Positions 1-10,186 of a stretch of 64,000 nucleotides of DNA are shown piece by piece. The stretch's first letter is position 1; the number at the start of each line of letters is the position of its first letter. Below the pieces are notes generated by a model. The model worked only from the letters and a program-made list of their open reading frames with translations. It was not told the origin of the DNA and ran no database searches. The position numbers were made by a program, and so were the translations under genes. Source of the DNA: Candidatus Latescibacterota bacterium (lineage in GTDB: Bacteria > Latescibacterota > UBA2968 > UBA8231); NCBI GenBank assembly GCA_965206595.1, contig OZ242214.1, positions 608,001 to 672,000 on the forward strand, given 5' to 3'.

Positions 1-11
1 GCGAGGAGCGC

Positions 12-1892
12 ATGCGCGTTTACCAATCGCTCGGCGGCATCCGCGTGGCCGGCGGCAAAGTTGCCTGGAACCGCTCCACACCGGATCGGCGCTGGGGCTT
101 TCGCGACTACTCCGACGTGGTGGTGCTGGACCTCGACAGCGGCCGGACGCGGGAGCTCACTCACAAGGCCAGGTTGTTCGCCCCGGCACCTTCTCCTGAC
201 GGCGCGCGCGTCGCCGCCGTAGAATTCGGACCGGAGCGGCGCTGCCACCTCGTGCTGTTGGAGACGGCCACAGGTGCGGAGCAAGCCCGTTTTCCTGCCC
301 CCGACGGGGTTTTCTGGCGCACGCCGGCGTGGTCGGAGGACGGGCGCCATATCGCCGTGGTGAGGCAGGAAGAACGCGGCAACGCCCTCGAGCGCATTGA
401 CGCCGGAAATGGGCAAGGGCAGATCGTGTTGCCGCACACGCGCGCCGATATCGGCTGGCCGGTCTTCTGGGGTTCCTACCTGCTGTTCGACGCTCCCTAT
501 TCTGGCATCGACAACATCCACGCCGTCCACCTGCCGAGCGGGACTCGCTACCAGGTGACCTCCCGTCCGCTGGCGGCCACCCACGCCGCGGTGGCCGGCG
601 ATTCGCTCCTGTTCCAGGAGTACACCGTTGACGGCTACCGCATCGCGGCCATGCCCCTGGACCCCGCTGCCTGGACGCCGGTCGAGCAGGTCGCCGACCG
701 CCAGGTGCGCTATTACGAACCGCTCATCGATCAGGAGCAGGGCGGCCCCGTGTTGGCGGACATCCCGCAGCGGGTCTATCCGGTGAGGGGCTATCGGCCG
801 CTGGCCCATCTGCTCAAAATACATAGCTGGTCTTTCAGTCCCTTGCCGCCGAGCTATGGCCTCAATCTCACCTCCAGCGATCTGCTCGATCTCAGCAGCA
901 TGCGCGGCGGGGTCGAATACAACAGCAACGAGGGCGCCTTCAGCGTCCTGGGCGATTTCATCCTGGCGGCGTGGTATCCCGTTTTCAGCGTCGGCGGGCG
1001 CTGGGGCGAGCGGGCGGGAGAGTACGTGATAAAGATCCGGGAAATGGAAGGCGGCAGCCTCAAGGTCAAGGAGAAAGAGGCAACGGACAGGTGGAGCGAG
1101 AAAAGCTTGAGTGCCGGGGTCGGGCTGCCCTTGAATCTGTCCCGCGGCCCCTGGCAGTCTTCCATCCGATTGAGCGCAAAGGCGGAATGGACCGATATCG
1201 CCGACAGGGACGACCTCCATCGACCCGGGGACGACCTCTATTGGCCCGATGCAGGCAGCGTGAACCAGGAAGCAAGAGGCGTGTTCACAAGAAACCACAA
1301 CGGACGCTTTGCGCCGCTGACCTACCGGCTGGCCTTCGCGCGGGCTCGCCACCCGGCGCCACGCGATCTGGCCCCGGCCTGGGGGCAGGGCATGATGCTG
1401 ACTTATCGCCACACGCCCTTTGCCGGCGACTTTGCCGGCACCTTGCTGTCGGGGCGGCTGCGACTGCTCTTTCCGGGTCTGGCGTCCCATCACAGCCTGC
1501 GGCTGGCGGGTGGTTACGAATGGCAGGATCCGGTCTCGGCGGCTTCCCTCCCCTACCGCTTTGCAAGCGAACAGACCTTTGTCCGCGGCTACGACTACCG
1601 CTTCCACCGCCGCTTTTTCCAGGGGAAGGCCGATTATGCCCTGCCGCTGTTCTACCCGGACTGGAACCTGGGGGCGCTGGTGTACCTGCAGCGGGTCAAG
1701 GTCAACTTCTTTTTCGACTACGGCCGCGGCGAGGACAGCTCTCGGCGCACCACCTACCAAACGGCCGGTGCCGAACTGACGGCCAATTTCTTCCCCTTTT
1801 CACTGCCGATTCCGCTGGATATGGGCCTGCGTTACGCCCACCGTTTCAAAGAGGGAGATCCGCACATCGGAGTGGTGGTGAATCTCCCGTGA
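12..1892 (+). CDS. Outer-membrane protein with TolB/PD40-like beta-propeller and C-terminal beta-barrel; probably 5'-partial
   Basis: PD40-like motifs (PAPSPDG, TPAWSEDG, WPVFWG); amphipathic strands in the C-terminal half; the frame is open to the window edge. Confidence 0.7.
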   Translation: MRVYQSLGGIRVAGGKVAWNRSTPDRRWGFRDYSDVVVLDLDSGRTRELTHKARLFAPAPSPDGARVAAVEFGPERRCHLVLLETATGAEQARFPAPDGVFWRTPAWSEDGRHIAVVRQEERGNALERIDAGNGQGQIVLPHTRADIGWPVFWGSYLLFDAPYSGIDNIHAVHLPSGTRYQVTSRPLAATHAAVAGDSLLFQEYTVDGYRIAAMPLDPAAWTPVEQVADRQVRYYEPLIDQEQGGPVLADIPQRVYPVRGYRPLAHLLKIHSWSFSPLPPSYGLNLTSSDLLDLSSMRGGVEYNSNEGAFSVLGDFILAAWYPVFSVGGRWGERAGEYVIKIREMEGGSLKVKEKEATDRWSEKSLSAGVGLPLNLSRGPWQSSIRLSAKAEWTDIADRDDLHRPGDDLYWPDAGSVNQEARGVFTRNHNGRFAPLTYRLAFARARHPAPRDLAPAWGQGMMLTYRHTPFAGDFAGTLLSGRLRLLFPGLASHHSLRLAGGYEWQDPVSAASLPYRFASEQTFVRGYDYRFHRRFFQGKADYALPLFYPDWNLGALVYLQRVKVNFFFDYGRGEDSSRRTTYQTAGAELTANFFPFSLPIPLDMGLRYAHRFKEGDPHIGVVVNLP

Positions 1893-1952
1893 ATCCCCCT
1901 CTGATTGGTTGATACCTCCCGTAGTTGAGAGGAGACCGTTGTCCCAGGGCGA

Positions 1953-3389
1953 ATGCCGTGGAACCGGGAAGATCCGAGGCGACCCCATGCCCGAGCCGTT
2001 TCTCCCATGAACGCCCCGCCCCCTGAACACCACACCGCCATCATCGTCGGCGGCGGACCCGCCGGTCTGGCGCTTGCGGTGGTTCTCGGCGGCTGGCATC
2101 CGCACTTCCGGGAAAGTCCGATCCTGCGGCAACGCTACCCGCAGCTGGGCGATTACCTGCGCCGGGCAAGGGGAACCCTGCTGGGAATGGACTTCCACGG
2201 GCTAGCCCCGCAGCTGCCGCCGGTCGACCTGTTCCGCATCCTCCACCACCCCAGGCAGCTGTTCGAGAACCTCGAGCAGATCGCCATGGAGTTCCGCCGC
2301 GGCCCCGCCCTCGACTACCTGCTGATAACCCAGGAGGAGGTGGGCGGCCTGTGGAACAAGGTCCCGCAAAACCTGCTGACCCTGTCCCCCGGCCAGTGGA
2401 TGGAGCTCGCTTTTTACCCACTGGCGCAGCACGTCGAGGAGCGCTCCGTCGACCTCGACGTCAACGACCTGATCCTCAAGCGCCACCTCGTCGACTATTA
2501 CCGGGCGATTCCCGAACGCTTCGGACAGGAGTCCCGCATACGCACGAACGAGCGCGTCGAGCGCATCGAGCCGCACGAGAAGGGATTCCTGCTGACGACG
2601 CGGGACGTCGCCGGCTGGCACCGCCGGCAGCAGACCCTGGGCACCAGGTCGGCCCCGGTGCCGCAGCCGTTCGAGGATCCCGGGGACGGCGAGCAGCGCC
2701 GCTACACCTGCCGCTACCTCGTCTACGCCGCCGGACAGCGCTGCATCCTGCGGCGTCTCGGGATCCCGGGGGAAGAGCTGCCCGGCGTGCACTGCTACTA
2801 CGACAGGGCGGAGGATTTCCCGGGGGAGCGGGTGCTCGTAATCGGCGGCGGGCGCTCCGCGGACTGGGCGGCGACCGAGCTCCACGACGCCGGCAGGCAG
2901 GTCTGCTACGCGATGCGCCAGCCCCGGAAGCGGCACTGGCGGCTCATCGGCGACAGCCGCGGCGGCCTTCCCTACTACGCCCGCCTCGCCGAAATCCTGG
3001 AAGGGGACCGCCGCCGGTTCGAAACGTTTTACGAAACGGGGGCGACGAAATTCGAACCGTCGAGCGAGGCGATCCTGGCGACCCTGGCCGGCAACGGCGC
3101 CGAACGCCGCATCGAGGTCGATCACGTCGTCAAGGAGATCGGCGGCTGGCCGGACTACTCCGTCTTCCAGGGATTCCCGAGGCTGCGCCTGTTCGAGAAG
3201 CACGACCCGTACCGGTTCCAGATGCACCAGATGCGCACCCACCCGTACAACTACGAATCGATAGACATCCCCGGCCTGTACGCCGGCGGCTACCTCGCCC
3301 AGGACATCGGCCTGGTGGTGATCGCCATGCACGGAACGACCTACGCCATAGCGGGAGACATCCTTCAGAGGGAGATGATGATACCATGA
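1953..3389 (+). CDS. FAD/NAD(P)-dependent oxidoreductase, OSGIN-like flavoprotein
   Basis: Two Rossmann motifs (IIVGGGPAG, LVIGGGRSA); C-terminal PGLYAGG; start may be the later ATG of MNAPP. Confidence 0.75.
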   Translation: MPWNREDPRRPHARAVSPMNAPPPEHHTAIIVGGGPAGLALAVVLGGWHPHFRESPILRQRYPQLGDYLRRARGTLLGMDFHGLAPQLPPVDLFRILHHPRQLFENLEQIAMEFRRGPALDYLLITQEEVGGLWNKVPQNLLTLSPGQWMELAFYPLAQHVEERSVDLDVNDLILKRHLVDYYRAIPERFGQESRIRTNERVERIEPHEKGFLLTTRDVAGWHRRQQTLGTRSAPVPQPFEDPGDGEQRRYTCRYLVYAAGQRCILRRLGIPGEELPGVHCYYDRAEDFPGERVLVIGGGRSADWAATELHDAGRQVCYAMRQPRKRHWRLIGDSRGGLPYYARLAEILEGDRRRFETFYETGATKFEPSSEAILATLAGNGAERRIEVDHVVKEIGGWPDYSVFQGFPRLRLFEKHDPYRFQMHQMRTHPYNYESIDIPGLYAGGYLAQDIGLVVIAMHGTTYAIAGDILQREMMIP

Positions 3390-4282
3390 TCGTCGACGTC
3401 CACACCCATCCGCCGCTCTACAAGGACCCCCTCACCGGGGAGCCGGATCAGTACAACCACGTCTGGCGCCCGGACCGGCCGGTCAAGGTCACCACCTGCT
3501 GGGACGACTACCTCGAAGCGCAGGAGCCGGCGCAGAAGTCGATCGTCTTCAGCATCGCCACCAATCCGGGAGGAGAGCAGCCTTGGCTGCCGGGACTCGA
3601 GGTGCCTGAGCAAGAGCCCTGGTACCGGGGCAACCTCAACGACGGCATCGCCGCCTTCGTCGCCGCCCACCCCGAGCGCCTGATCGGCTTCATGACCCTG
3701 CACCCGTACGATCCCGGTGTCCTCGAGGAGTTGGAGCGCTGTCACACCGATCTCGGGCTCGCCGGGGTCAAGCAGGGCGCCAACTACCAGAACTTCGATC
3801 CGTTCGACCCGCGCGCCCTGGCGATCTACGCCGAGGCGGAGAGACGGGGTCTGCCGCTGATGCTGCACCAGGGGACCTCGCCGATCCGCGACGCCCCGAT
3901 CCGCTACGCCCACCCGCTGCTGATCGACGAGCTGGCCACCCGCTACCCGGAGCTGAAGATCATCATGGCCCACCTCGGCCACCCGTGGCAGACCGAGACC
4001 TGCGTCGTGGTGCGCAAGCACCCCAACGTCTACACCGACTTGTCGGGGAACTTCTACCGCACGTTCTCGTTCTGGGAGCAGATGGTCAAGGCGACGGAGT
4101 GGAACGTGCTCGACAAGATCCTGTTCGGGTCGGACTACCCGATCGCCACGGCGCGGGAGACCGCCGATCACGTACGCCGGGTAAACGGCATCGTCGAGGG
4201 CACGAAGCTGCCGCGAGTGCCGGAAGACAGGCTCGAGGAGATCATCCACCGGGACAGTCTCGGCATCCTGGGACTGGGCTGA
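3386..4282 (+). CDS. Amidohydrolase_2 family metal-dependent hydrolase
   Basis: MIVDVHTH, IIMAHLGHP and ILFGSDYP motifs; ATGA overlap with the upstream gene. Confidence 0.88.
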   Translation: MIVDVHTHPPLYKDPLTGEPDQYNHVWRPDRPVKVTTCWDDYLEAQEPAQKSIVFSIATNPGGEQPWLPGLEVPEQEPWYRGNLNDGIAAFVAAHPERLIGFMTLHPYDPGVLEELERCHTDLGLAGVKQGANYQNFDPFDPRALAIYAEAERRGLPLMLHQGTSPIRDAPIRYAHPLLIDELATRYPELKIIMAHLGHPWQTETCVVVRKHPNVYTDLSGNFYRTFSFWEQMVKATEWNVLDKILFGSDYPIATARETADHVRRVNGIVEGTKLPRVPEDRLEEIIHRDSLGILGLG

Positions 4283-4507
4283 TTGCAGGAGCAGGGGACG
4301 TTGCGACTGGAGGTGCTTCGCGCGACGGACGGAACAGGTAGCCGCCGTATCCTCAAAAACTCGGAATGGAACTGCTGATGGGCGCAGAGGCCAAGGCGTT
4401 TCTGTCACGCCGCTACGGGCTTGCTTGGCTGGCAATGTCCCCACACCGCTGCCACCGGTGAGAGCGCACCGGCAAGGGAAGTTGATTCCAGCCGTTTGTC
4501 CAGACAC

Positions 4508-4535
4508 TTGACACGTGCTAATATATGCACGTAAT
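4508..4535 (+). promoter_or_regulatory. hicAB promoter with palindromic operator
   Basis: TTGACA at 4508; inverted repeat ACGTGC-N8-GCACGT at 4513-4532. Confidence 0.6.
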
Positions 4536-4722
4536 GGAGACGGATACCAGGCGAATCATCGAGAGGTTACAGCGAGAGGGTTGGGTTCTCCATCGACACG
4601 GCAGGAGCCATGACATCTATCGGCACCCGAAGGTTGGCTACACCATTGTTGTCCCGAGGCACCGCACGGTGTCGCCGGGCGTAGCCCGGTCCATTGCGAA
4701 AAATGCCGGCTGGGGGAAATAA
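4525..4722 (+). CDS. hicA: HicA family mRNA interferase toxin
   Basis: GW...GRSHDIYRHP...IVVPRH...GVARSIAKNAGW pattern. Confidence 0.9.
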   Translation: MHVMETDTRRIIERLQREGWVLHRHGRSHDIYRHPKVGYTIVVPRHRTVSPGVARSIAKNAGWGK

Positions 4723-4724
4723 GC

Positions 4725-5111
4725 ATGAGATATCCGATTTTGATCGATGGTGAGGATGGGGCCTACGGGGTCGTCTTCCCTGACCTGCCTGGGTGTGTGG
4801 CAATGGGTCACACCTTGGACGAGGCTATGGTCAATGCCGAGGACGCACTCCAGGACTGGATGGATAGTATGGAGGAGATCGGGTACGAGATTCCGGACCC
4901 GAGCCCCCTTGAGGCTATTGATGTTCCTGCCGACAGCACGTTGTCCACGATCCTGCTGGTTCGTCCGTCTCGCAGCCGCTCTGTACGGCTCAACCTGGTG
5001 GTCGATGCCGGCGTGGCCACTGTAATCAATTCCGAAGCCAAGCGCCGCGGCATGACCCGCAAGAGCTACGTAGAGTGGATGGTCAGGCGCACGGCTCAGA
5101 TGGGCGGATAG
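4725..5111 (+). CDS. hicB: HicB family antitoxin
   Basis: YGVVFPDLPGCVAMGHTLDEA motif; C-terminal RHH-like segment; follows hicA. Confidence 0.9.
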   Translation: MRYPILIDGEDGAYGVVFPDLPGCVAMGHTLDEAMVNAEDALQDWMDSMEEIGYEIPDPSPLEAIDVPADSTLSTILLVRPSRSRSVRLNLVVDAGVATVINSEAKRRGMTRKSYVEWMVRRTAQMGG

Positions 5112-5230
5112 TCGACTGCATTCGGCGTGTCAACGGCATCGTCGAAGGGACGAAAATGCCGCGCATACCGGAAGACAGGCTCGCGGAAATCATCCACCGG
5201 GACAGTCTTGAAATTTTGGTGCTCGGCTGA
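5111..5230 (+). pseudogene. Diverged 3'-end fragment of the amidohydrolase
   Basis: Translates VDCIRRVNGIVEGTKMPRIPEDRLAEIIHRDSLEILVLG*, versus ADHVRRVNGIVEGTKLPRVPEDRLEEIIHRDSLGILGLG* in the intact gene. Confidence 0.9.
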
Positions 5231-5667
5231 TCGGCCGGGGTGGCCGCAATAGCTGCAGCCGTCGATGGTCCGGGAATGAACGTTTGGGAATCACACCCTT
5301 GGCCCTGCCCAAAGGACCTTGGCTTTCCCATCCACAATCACTATAGTCCTTTCTGCTGCGGTTATTTTTTTTTGGCCATACCTCCTTCCTAAATGCCCAC
5401 CCTAGGGATGTAGATCGCTTTTCGCACTATCAATACGCCCAAACGACCAGCATGTGCGCTTACGAGTGCGCACTGAAAATTCATGAATATATCAGATACT
5501 GCAGCTACACTGATTCAGGTGCCTGTCAATTTTAACTCTCTCCTAAAATTTCAACCCTCTTCTCTGTGCCCATTAGCTCTTCCTGATGGGGCAGAGTGTC
5601 CAGACATCCTTCATTTGACAAATTTGGATGTTGGGGCAAATCTCAGTTCTTTAGTTTTGCATCTTAG

Positions 5668-6260
5668 ATGAAAAAGCAGTTGCCCACCATCTTGGGTCTC
5701 CTTTTTGTGCCAGTTTCCGTCGGTGCCCATGCCGGAGATCGCGTATTTCCAATTCCCTATCTCAGCGACGAAATGCTTGCAGCAATCCAGCTCGACGACG
5801 GTCGGATAGACGAGTGGGGCGAACTACTCGGAGATCCGACCATGACCCTCCTGGATTTTGCAGAACAAGGGGGAGCGCCACCCGATCCCTCCGACTTGGA
5901 CTTCCGAATCTGGCTGGGTTGGCACGACGACCCGGACCGTCTCTACGTAGCCTTCGTGGCCAGCGATGACGTGTACAAGAACACCCACGACTACAATGCA
6001 ATTCGGGGATCTCTGCGAGATATAATGCATCTCCATGACAGTATATCTCTAGCGATCGATGGAGATCATAGCGGAGGTGAGGGATGTACCAACGATTGCG
6101 CTTGTTTCCTCCTCTGGCAGTTGTCCAATCCGGAACCGGCCCATACCCAGGACGAGAGCGTCTTTCGCATTGCCCGGGACGGATCCTCCATCGAGCGCCT
6201 GTCCGCGACGGAGGGCAGGTCCACCCCGAGCTGGGGCCCGGAAGGCCGGCCATGGAGCGT
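5668..6260 (+). pseudogene. Chimeric remnant: signal peptide and CBM9/DOMON-like N-terminal part joined to a PD40/TolB-like fragment
   Basis: DGRIDEW...FRIWLGW...LYVAFVASDD pattern, then SVFRIARDGS...TPSWGPEG; runs out of frame into the amidohydrolase copy. Confidence 0.55.
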
Positions 6261-7073
6261 ATCGACCGGCCGGTCAAGGTCACCACCTGCTGGGACGACT
6301 ACCTCGAAGCGCAGGAGCCGGCGCAGAAGTCGATCGTCTTCAGCATCGCCACCAATCCGGGAGGAGAGCAGCCTTGGCTGCCGGGACTCGAGGTGCCTGA
6401 GCAAGAGCCCTGGTACCGGGGCAACCTCAACGACGGCATCGCCGTCTTCGTCGCCGCCCACCCCGAGCGCCTGATCGGTTTCATGACCCTGCACCCGTAC
6501 GATCCCGGTGTCCTCGAGGAGTTGGAGCGCTGTCACACCGATCTCGGGCTCGCCGGGGTCAAGCAGGGCGCCAACTACCAGAACTTCGATCCGTTCGACC
6601 CGCGCGCCCTGGCGATCTACGCCGAGGCGGAGAGACGGGGTCTGCCGCTGATGCTGCACCAGGGGACCTCGCCGATCCGCGACGCCCCGATCCGCTACGC
6701 CCACCCGCTGCTCATCGACGAGCTGGCCACCCGCTACCCGGAGCTGAAGATCATCATGGCCCACCTCGGCCACCCGTGGCAGACCGAGACCTGCGTCGTG
6801 GTGCGCAAGCATCCCAACGTCTACACCGATCTTTCGGGGAATTTCTACCGCCCGTTCTCGTTCTGGGAGCAGATTATCAAGGCGACGGAGTGGAACGTGC
6901 TCGACAAGATCCTGTTCGGGTCGGACTACCCGATCGCCACGGCGCGGGAGACCGTCGACCACATCCGCCGGGTCAACGACATCGTCGAGAGCACGAAGCT
7001 GCCGCGCGTGCCGGAGGACAGGCTCGAGGAGATCATCCACCGGGACAGCCTCGGCATCCTGGGACTGGGCTGA
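6252..7073 (+). pseudogene. 5'-truncated near-identical amidohydrolase copy
   Basis: Identity to 3473-4282 starts at 6264; in-frame ATG at 6252; lacks the DVHTH metal-binding motif. Confidence 0.85.
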
Positions 7074-7305
7074 TTCGCCGCCTCGGGGCCAAGGCCTCCG
7101 AGTGATGCTCCGGGAGATGGTTGACTGGTGGAGGGACCCCGGAGATTCAGGGCCCGGCATCTGGGTCAGGCTCGATTGCTGCTGTCGTGTCGACCGAAAC
7201 CCAAGCTTACGGGGATTCCCCGAAGCTCGGGGCAGGGAGGTGAGACTCTTGAACCGATCCCGTATCAGGAAGGATTGAGCGCCTTCGGATCGGCGGCGGC
7301 CGCGA

Positions 7306-7584
7306 TCAGCGCTCCGAATGGCCGAGGTCCTTGTCCGGGCTGACGCGGTCCCGCACCAGCTGCTTGAGCTCCTTCATCTCCGGGAAGCGGTCCTGTTCCT
7401 CACGCGACCAGACCAGCTCGTCGCCGACATACACTTCGAATACGCCCGGGTCGCCCGGCACCAGCGCCACCTCCCCCAGTTTTTCGGCGAACGTGGTCAA
7501 CAGCTCCTGGGCGGTCCAGGCGGCCCGCAGCAGCCACCTGCACTTGACGCAGTACCTGATCTCGATACGGGGCGTGTGAATCAT
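7306..7584 (-). CDS. SelT/SelW/SelH (Rdx) family protein
   Basis: IEIRYCVKCRW (CxxC); FPEMKELKQLVRD; DLGH terminus. Confidence 0.88.
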   Translation of the reverse strand: MIHTPRIEIRYCVKCRWLLRAAWTAQELLTTFAEKLGEVALVPGDPGVFEVYVGDELVWSREEQDRFPEMKELKQLVRDRVSPDKDLGHSER

Positions 7585-8237
7585 GCCGGCAGGGACTCCA
7601 GCCAGGCGCGCATCCGCGCCGGATCCTCCCCGAACATCAAGGACCCCGGGACGATGAAGTCGGCGCCGGCCGCGGCGATCAGCGGCACGGTGTGGCGGCG
7701 GATCCCCCCGTCCGCCTCGACGAGGGTCCGGTGGTCGCCGCGGTCGATGGCGGCGCGGCAGCGGCGGATGCGGCCGGGAACCGCCGGGTCCATGTCCGCT
7801 CCCTTGATGCCGATCTCGGTGCCGACGACGGTGACGACGTCGAGCTGCGGCCAGAACGGATCCAGCAGGCCGGGGTCGTCGCCGAGGGCGAGCGAGATTC
7901 CGGGAAGGGCCCCGGCTTCACGCACCGCGGCGATCGTTTCGGGGATGCCGCTGCCGGTTCCTGGGTAGAAGACGACGATGTCGGCGCCGGCGGAGACGAA
8001 CGGCCCGACCCAGTTCAACGGCTCGCGGGTGATCAGGTGAACCTCGAACGGCAGCCGGGTGTGCGGCCGCAGCGCCGCCACGAGATCGGGGAAGAACAGC
8101 ATGGTGTCGACGAGGCGGCCGTCGGCGGCGTCGAGGTGGAAGCGCTCGCAGTAGGGCTCGACGCGGCGGATCTCCTCGGCTAGCCGCGACAGGTCCGCCG
8201 ACCAGAGGGAAGCCGAGCACCGGAGCCTGCGCGCCAT
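7581..8237 (-). CDS. Ribulose-phosphate 3-epimerase family protein
   Basis: SLWSAD, FHLDAADG, EVHL, VEADGGI and VPGS motifs. Confidence 0.85.
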   Translation of the reverse strand: MARRLRCSASLWSADLSRLAEEIRRVEPYCERFHLDAADGRLVDTMLFFPDLVAALRPHTRLPFEVHLITREPLNWVGPFVSAGADIVVFYPGTGSGIPETIAAVREAGALPGISLALGDDPGLLDPFWPQLDVVTVVGTEIGIKGADMDPAVPGRIRRCRAAIDRGDHRTLVEADGGIRRHTVPLIAAAGADFIVPGSLMFGEDPARMRAWLESLPA

Positions 8238-8243
8238 CGCCGC

Positions 8244-9077
8244 TCAGCCCGGCAGCCGGGAGCGCAGGAAGGCGACACTGTCGGCGACCTGGTCCTCGTC
8301 GAGGCCGTGCAGGATCAGCGGGACCGGCTCCTCCAGCTGCCCCAGCAGGGAGAGGTAGAGGTCGTAGTCGAGCAGCCCGGTGCCGGCGGCGAGGTTGCCG
8401 GCCTCGCCGTCGCGGTCGAGGTCCTTGGCGTGGGCCAGGGCGATGTCGCCGGCGAGCAGGTCGAACGCCTCCTCGAGAATCTCCCCCATGCGCGGCAGCT
8501 CTCCCTCGTGGTAGATGTTGGCCCCGTCGATGACGACCCCCAGGCGGGGCGAGCCGATCTCGTCGAGGAGGCGGCGCGCCTTGCGGCTCGAGTCGACGAC
8601 GTTGGCGACCTCCGGCTCGAAGGCCAGGGTGACCCCGGTCTCCTCGGCCAGCGGCAGCACCGCGGCGAGCGACTCGACCAGGTCGTTCCAGGCCTCGGGT
8701 GTGCCGTTGTCCGGGTGGGGGTCCCACATGCGCCCCGGGTTGCGGGTGCCGGTGCAGAGGCTGATCACCGGCCCCCCCAGCTTCGGGCAGGCGGCGATCA
8801 GCCGGCGCAGGCGCTCGAGCCCCTGCCGCCGCTGCTCGAGGTCGGGGTGAATCATGTTGAAGGTCCCCGAGACCGCGGCCATCGACACCCCCCGCAGGGC
8901 CATCTGCCCGCGGACGTGGCCGCACAGGGAATCGTCGATGCTTTCCGGCAGGGTCTCCATGCCGGCGGTCTCGAAGTTGAACTGGACGCAGGTGAGACCG
9001 TGGAAACGGACGGCGTCGAACACCTCCCCCATGAGGGGCCGTTCGAAGTGCTTCGAGAAGATGCCCAGCTCCATCAT
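8244..9077 (-). CDS. Sugar phosphate isomerase/epimerase (xylose isomerase-like TIM barrel)
   Basis: LAFEPE, DGANI, AHAKD and GTGLLDY motifs; start MMELGIF overlaps the upstream stop. Confidence 0.85.
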   Translation of the reverse strand: MMELGIFSKHFERPLMGEVFDAVRFHGLTCVQFNFETAGMETLPESIDDSLCGHVRGQMALRGVSMAAVSGTFNMIHPDLEQRRQGLERLRRLIAACPKLGGPVISLCTGTRNPGRMWDPHPDNGTPEAWNDLVESLAAVLPLAEETGVTLAFEPEVANVVDSSRKARRLLDEIGSPRLGVVIDGANIYHEGELPRMGEILEEAFDLLAGDIALAHAKDLDRDGEAGNLAAGTGLLDYDLYLSLLGQLEEPVPLILHGLDEDQVADSVAFLRSRLPG

Positions 9078-10165
9078 ACGCCTCCTTCGACGTCGGCGAC
9101 GGCGACGCGCGCTCCCCCCCGCCGGGAAGATTGCGAGACCGCCGCGAGGGCGCGCACCGCGGCGGTGCCCTCGTCGGCATCGGCGCCGTGCTGCGGCTCC
9201 CCCTCGAGAATGGTGTCGGCGAACCCTTCGAGCTGCAGCCGGTAGGAGTAGGCGTCCTCCCCGAGGGGGCGGCGGTAGGTCCCGTCCTTCTGCGAGAAGC
9301 ACTCGACGTAGCTCGACTTGTGATACCAGATCAGCCCGCCCCGGGCGAGGACGCTGCCGTGCTCGCCGATGGCGCGGAATCCGAACTCGACGTCGCCGCG
9401 CTGCGGTATGCAGAGATCGAGGTGGCCCAGGCAACCATCGGCGAACTCGATGGCAACGAACCAGCAATGGGAGCCGGCGCGCAGGAGATGGCGGGCGCTG
9501 ACCGCGGCGATCTCCCCGCCGGCGAAGCGGGCGGCGTCGAGGGCGTGGGCGCCGTGCGTCATCAGCAGGTAGCGCCGCCGGTCCGCCCTGGGATCGACCT
9601 CGGGCAGCCGCGAATGCCCGCTCGCGGCGATCACGGGAAGCAGGTTGTCCGTCATCGTGTAGCGGTCGACGGAGTCGTAGTACCACACCTTGATCGCGAT
9701 GCGCTCCCCCATCTCCGCGGCGATGAAGTCGCCGGCGAAGCGGAAGCCGGGGTCGAAGCGCCAGTTGTTGCCGACCTGAAAGGTCACCCCGGCCTCGCGG
9801 ACGCGGGCGCGCAGCTCCTCGCACTCCTCGACGCAGGTGCCGAGCGGTTTCTCGACGAGGACGTGCTTGCCCGCGGCGACCGCCTCCAGGCTCAGGGGGA
9901 CGTGGAAGGGGTCGCTGGTGGCGACGACGACGGCCTCCAGCCGAGGGTCGGCGAGCATGGCGGCGTAGTCGCGGTAGGCCGCCTGGGGCTCGTGCACCGC
10001 GGCCATCTTCTCGACCAGGTCCCCGGCGGTGTCACAGATGGCGTAGAGCTCGGTGTTGCGCCCCTTGCGGCAGGCGTCGAGGTGGGCCATCTGGGCGATC
10101 GGCCCGCAGCCTAGAACGCCGACCCGGAGGAGGCGGTCCTCTTTGGCGCCGGGATTACTGGACAT
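9074..10165 (-). CDS. Gfo/Idh/MocA family oxidoreductase
   Basis: GVLGCGPIA and GKHVLVEKP motifs. Confidence 0.9.
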   Translation of the reverse strand: MSSNPGAKEDRLLRVGVLGCGPIAQMAHLDACRKGRNTELYAICDTAGDLVEKMAAVHEPQAAYRDYAAMLADPRLEAVVVATSDPFHVPLSLEAVAAGKHVLVEKPLGTCVEECEELRARVREAGVTFQVGNNWRFDPGFRFAGDFIAAEMGERIAIKVWYYDSVDRYTMTDNLLPVIAASGHSRLPEVDPRADRRRYLLMTHGAHALDAARFAGGEIAAVSARHLLRAGSHCWFVAIEFADGCLGHLDLCIPQRGDVEFGFRAIGEHGSVLARGGLIWYHKSSYVECFSQKDGTYRRPLGEDAYSYRLQLEGFADTILEGEPQHGADADEGTAAVRALAAVSQSSRRGGARVAVADVEGGV

Positions 10166-10186
10166 GGCCGGCCGCGGCTGCTGCGG

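Larger units (their letters stand above)
3473..7073 (+). repeat. Direct repeats of the amidohydrolase 3' portion: 810 bp (3473-4282 = 6264-7073) and ~120 bp (5111-5230)
   Basis: Manual alignment; offset 2791 bp; all three copies end at the same TGA. Confidence 0.95.

Noticed and set aside
2351-3385. N-terminal extension of the 643-aa ORF
   Set aside because: It is an off-frame shadow of the flavoprotein; the real start is 3386. The same applies to the extended ORFs 8244-9824, 20807-22891, 17767-18999 and 29674-30930
5290-5390. Phase-variable small gene (GGAGG-ATG-GCC-A9-T on the minus strand)
   Set aside because: Even if repaired it gives under 30 codons with no recognisable family; more likely a scrap
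3473-7073. Diversity-generating retroelement TR/VR pair
   Set aside because: The differences are not adenine-specific, many are synonymous, and there is no reverse transcriptase
7306-7584. Selenoprotein with UGA recoding
   Set aside because: The motif is CxxC with no in-frame TGA
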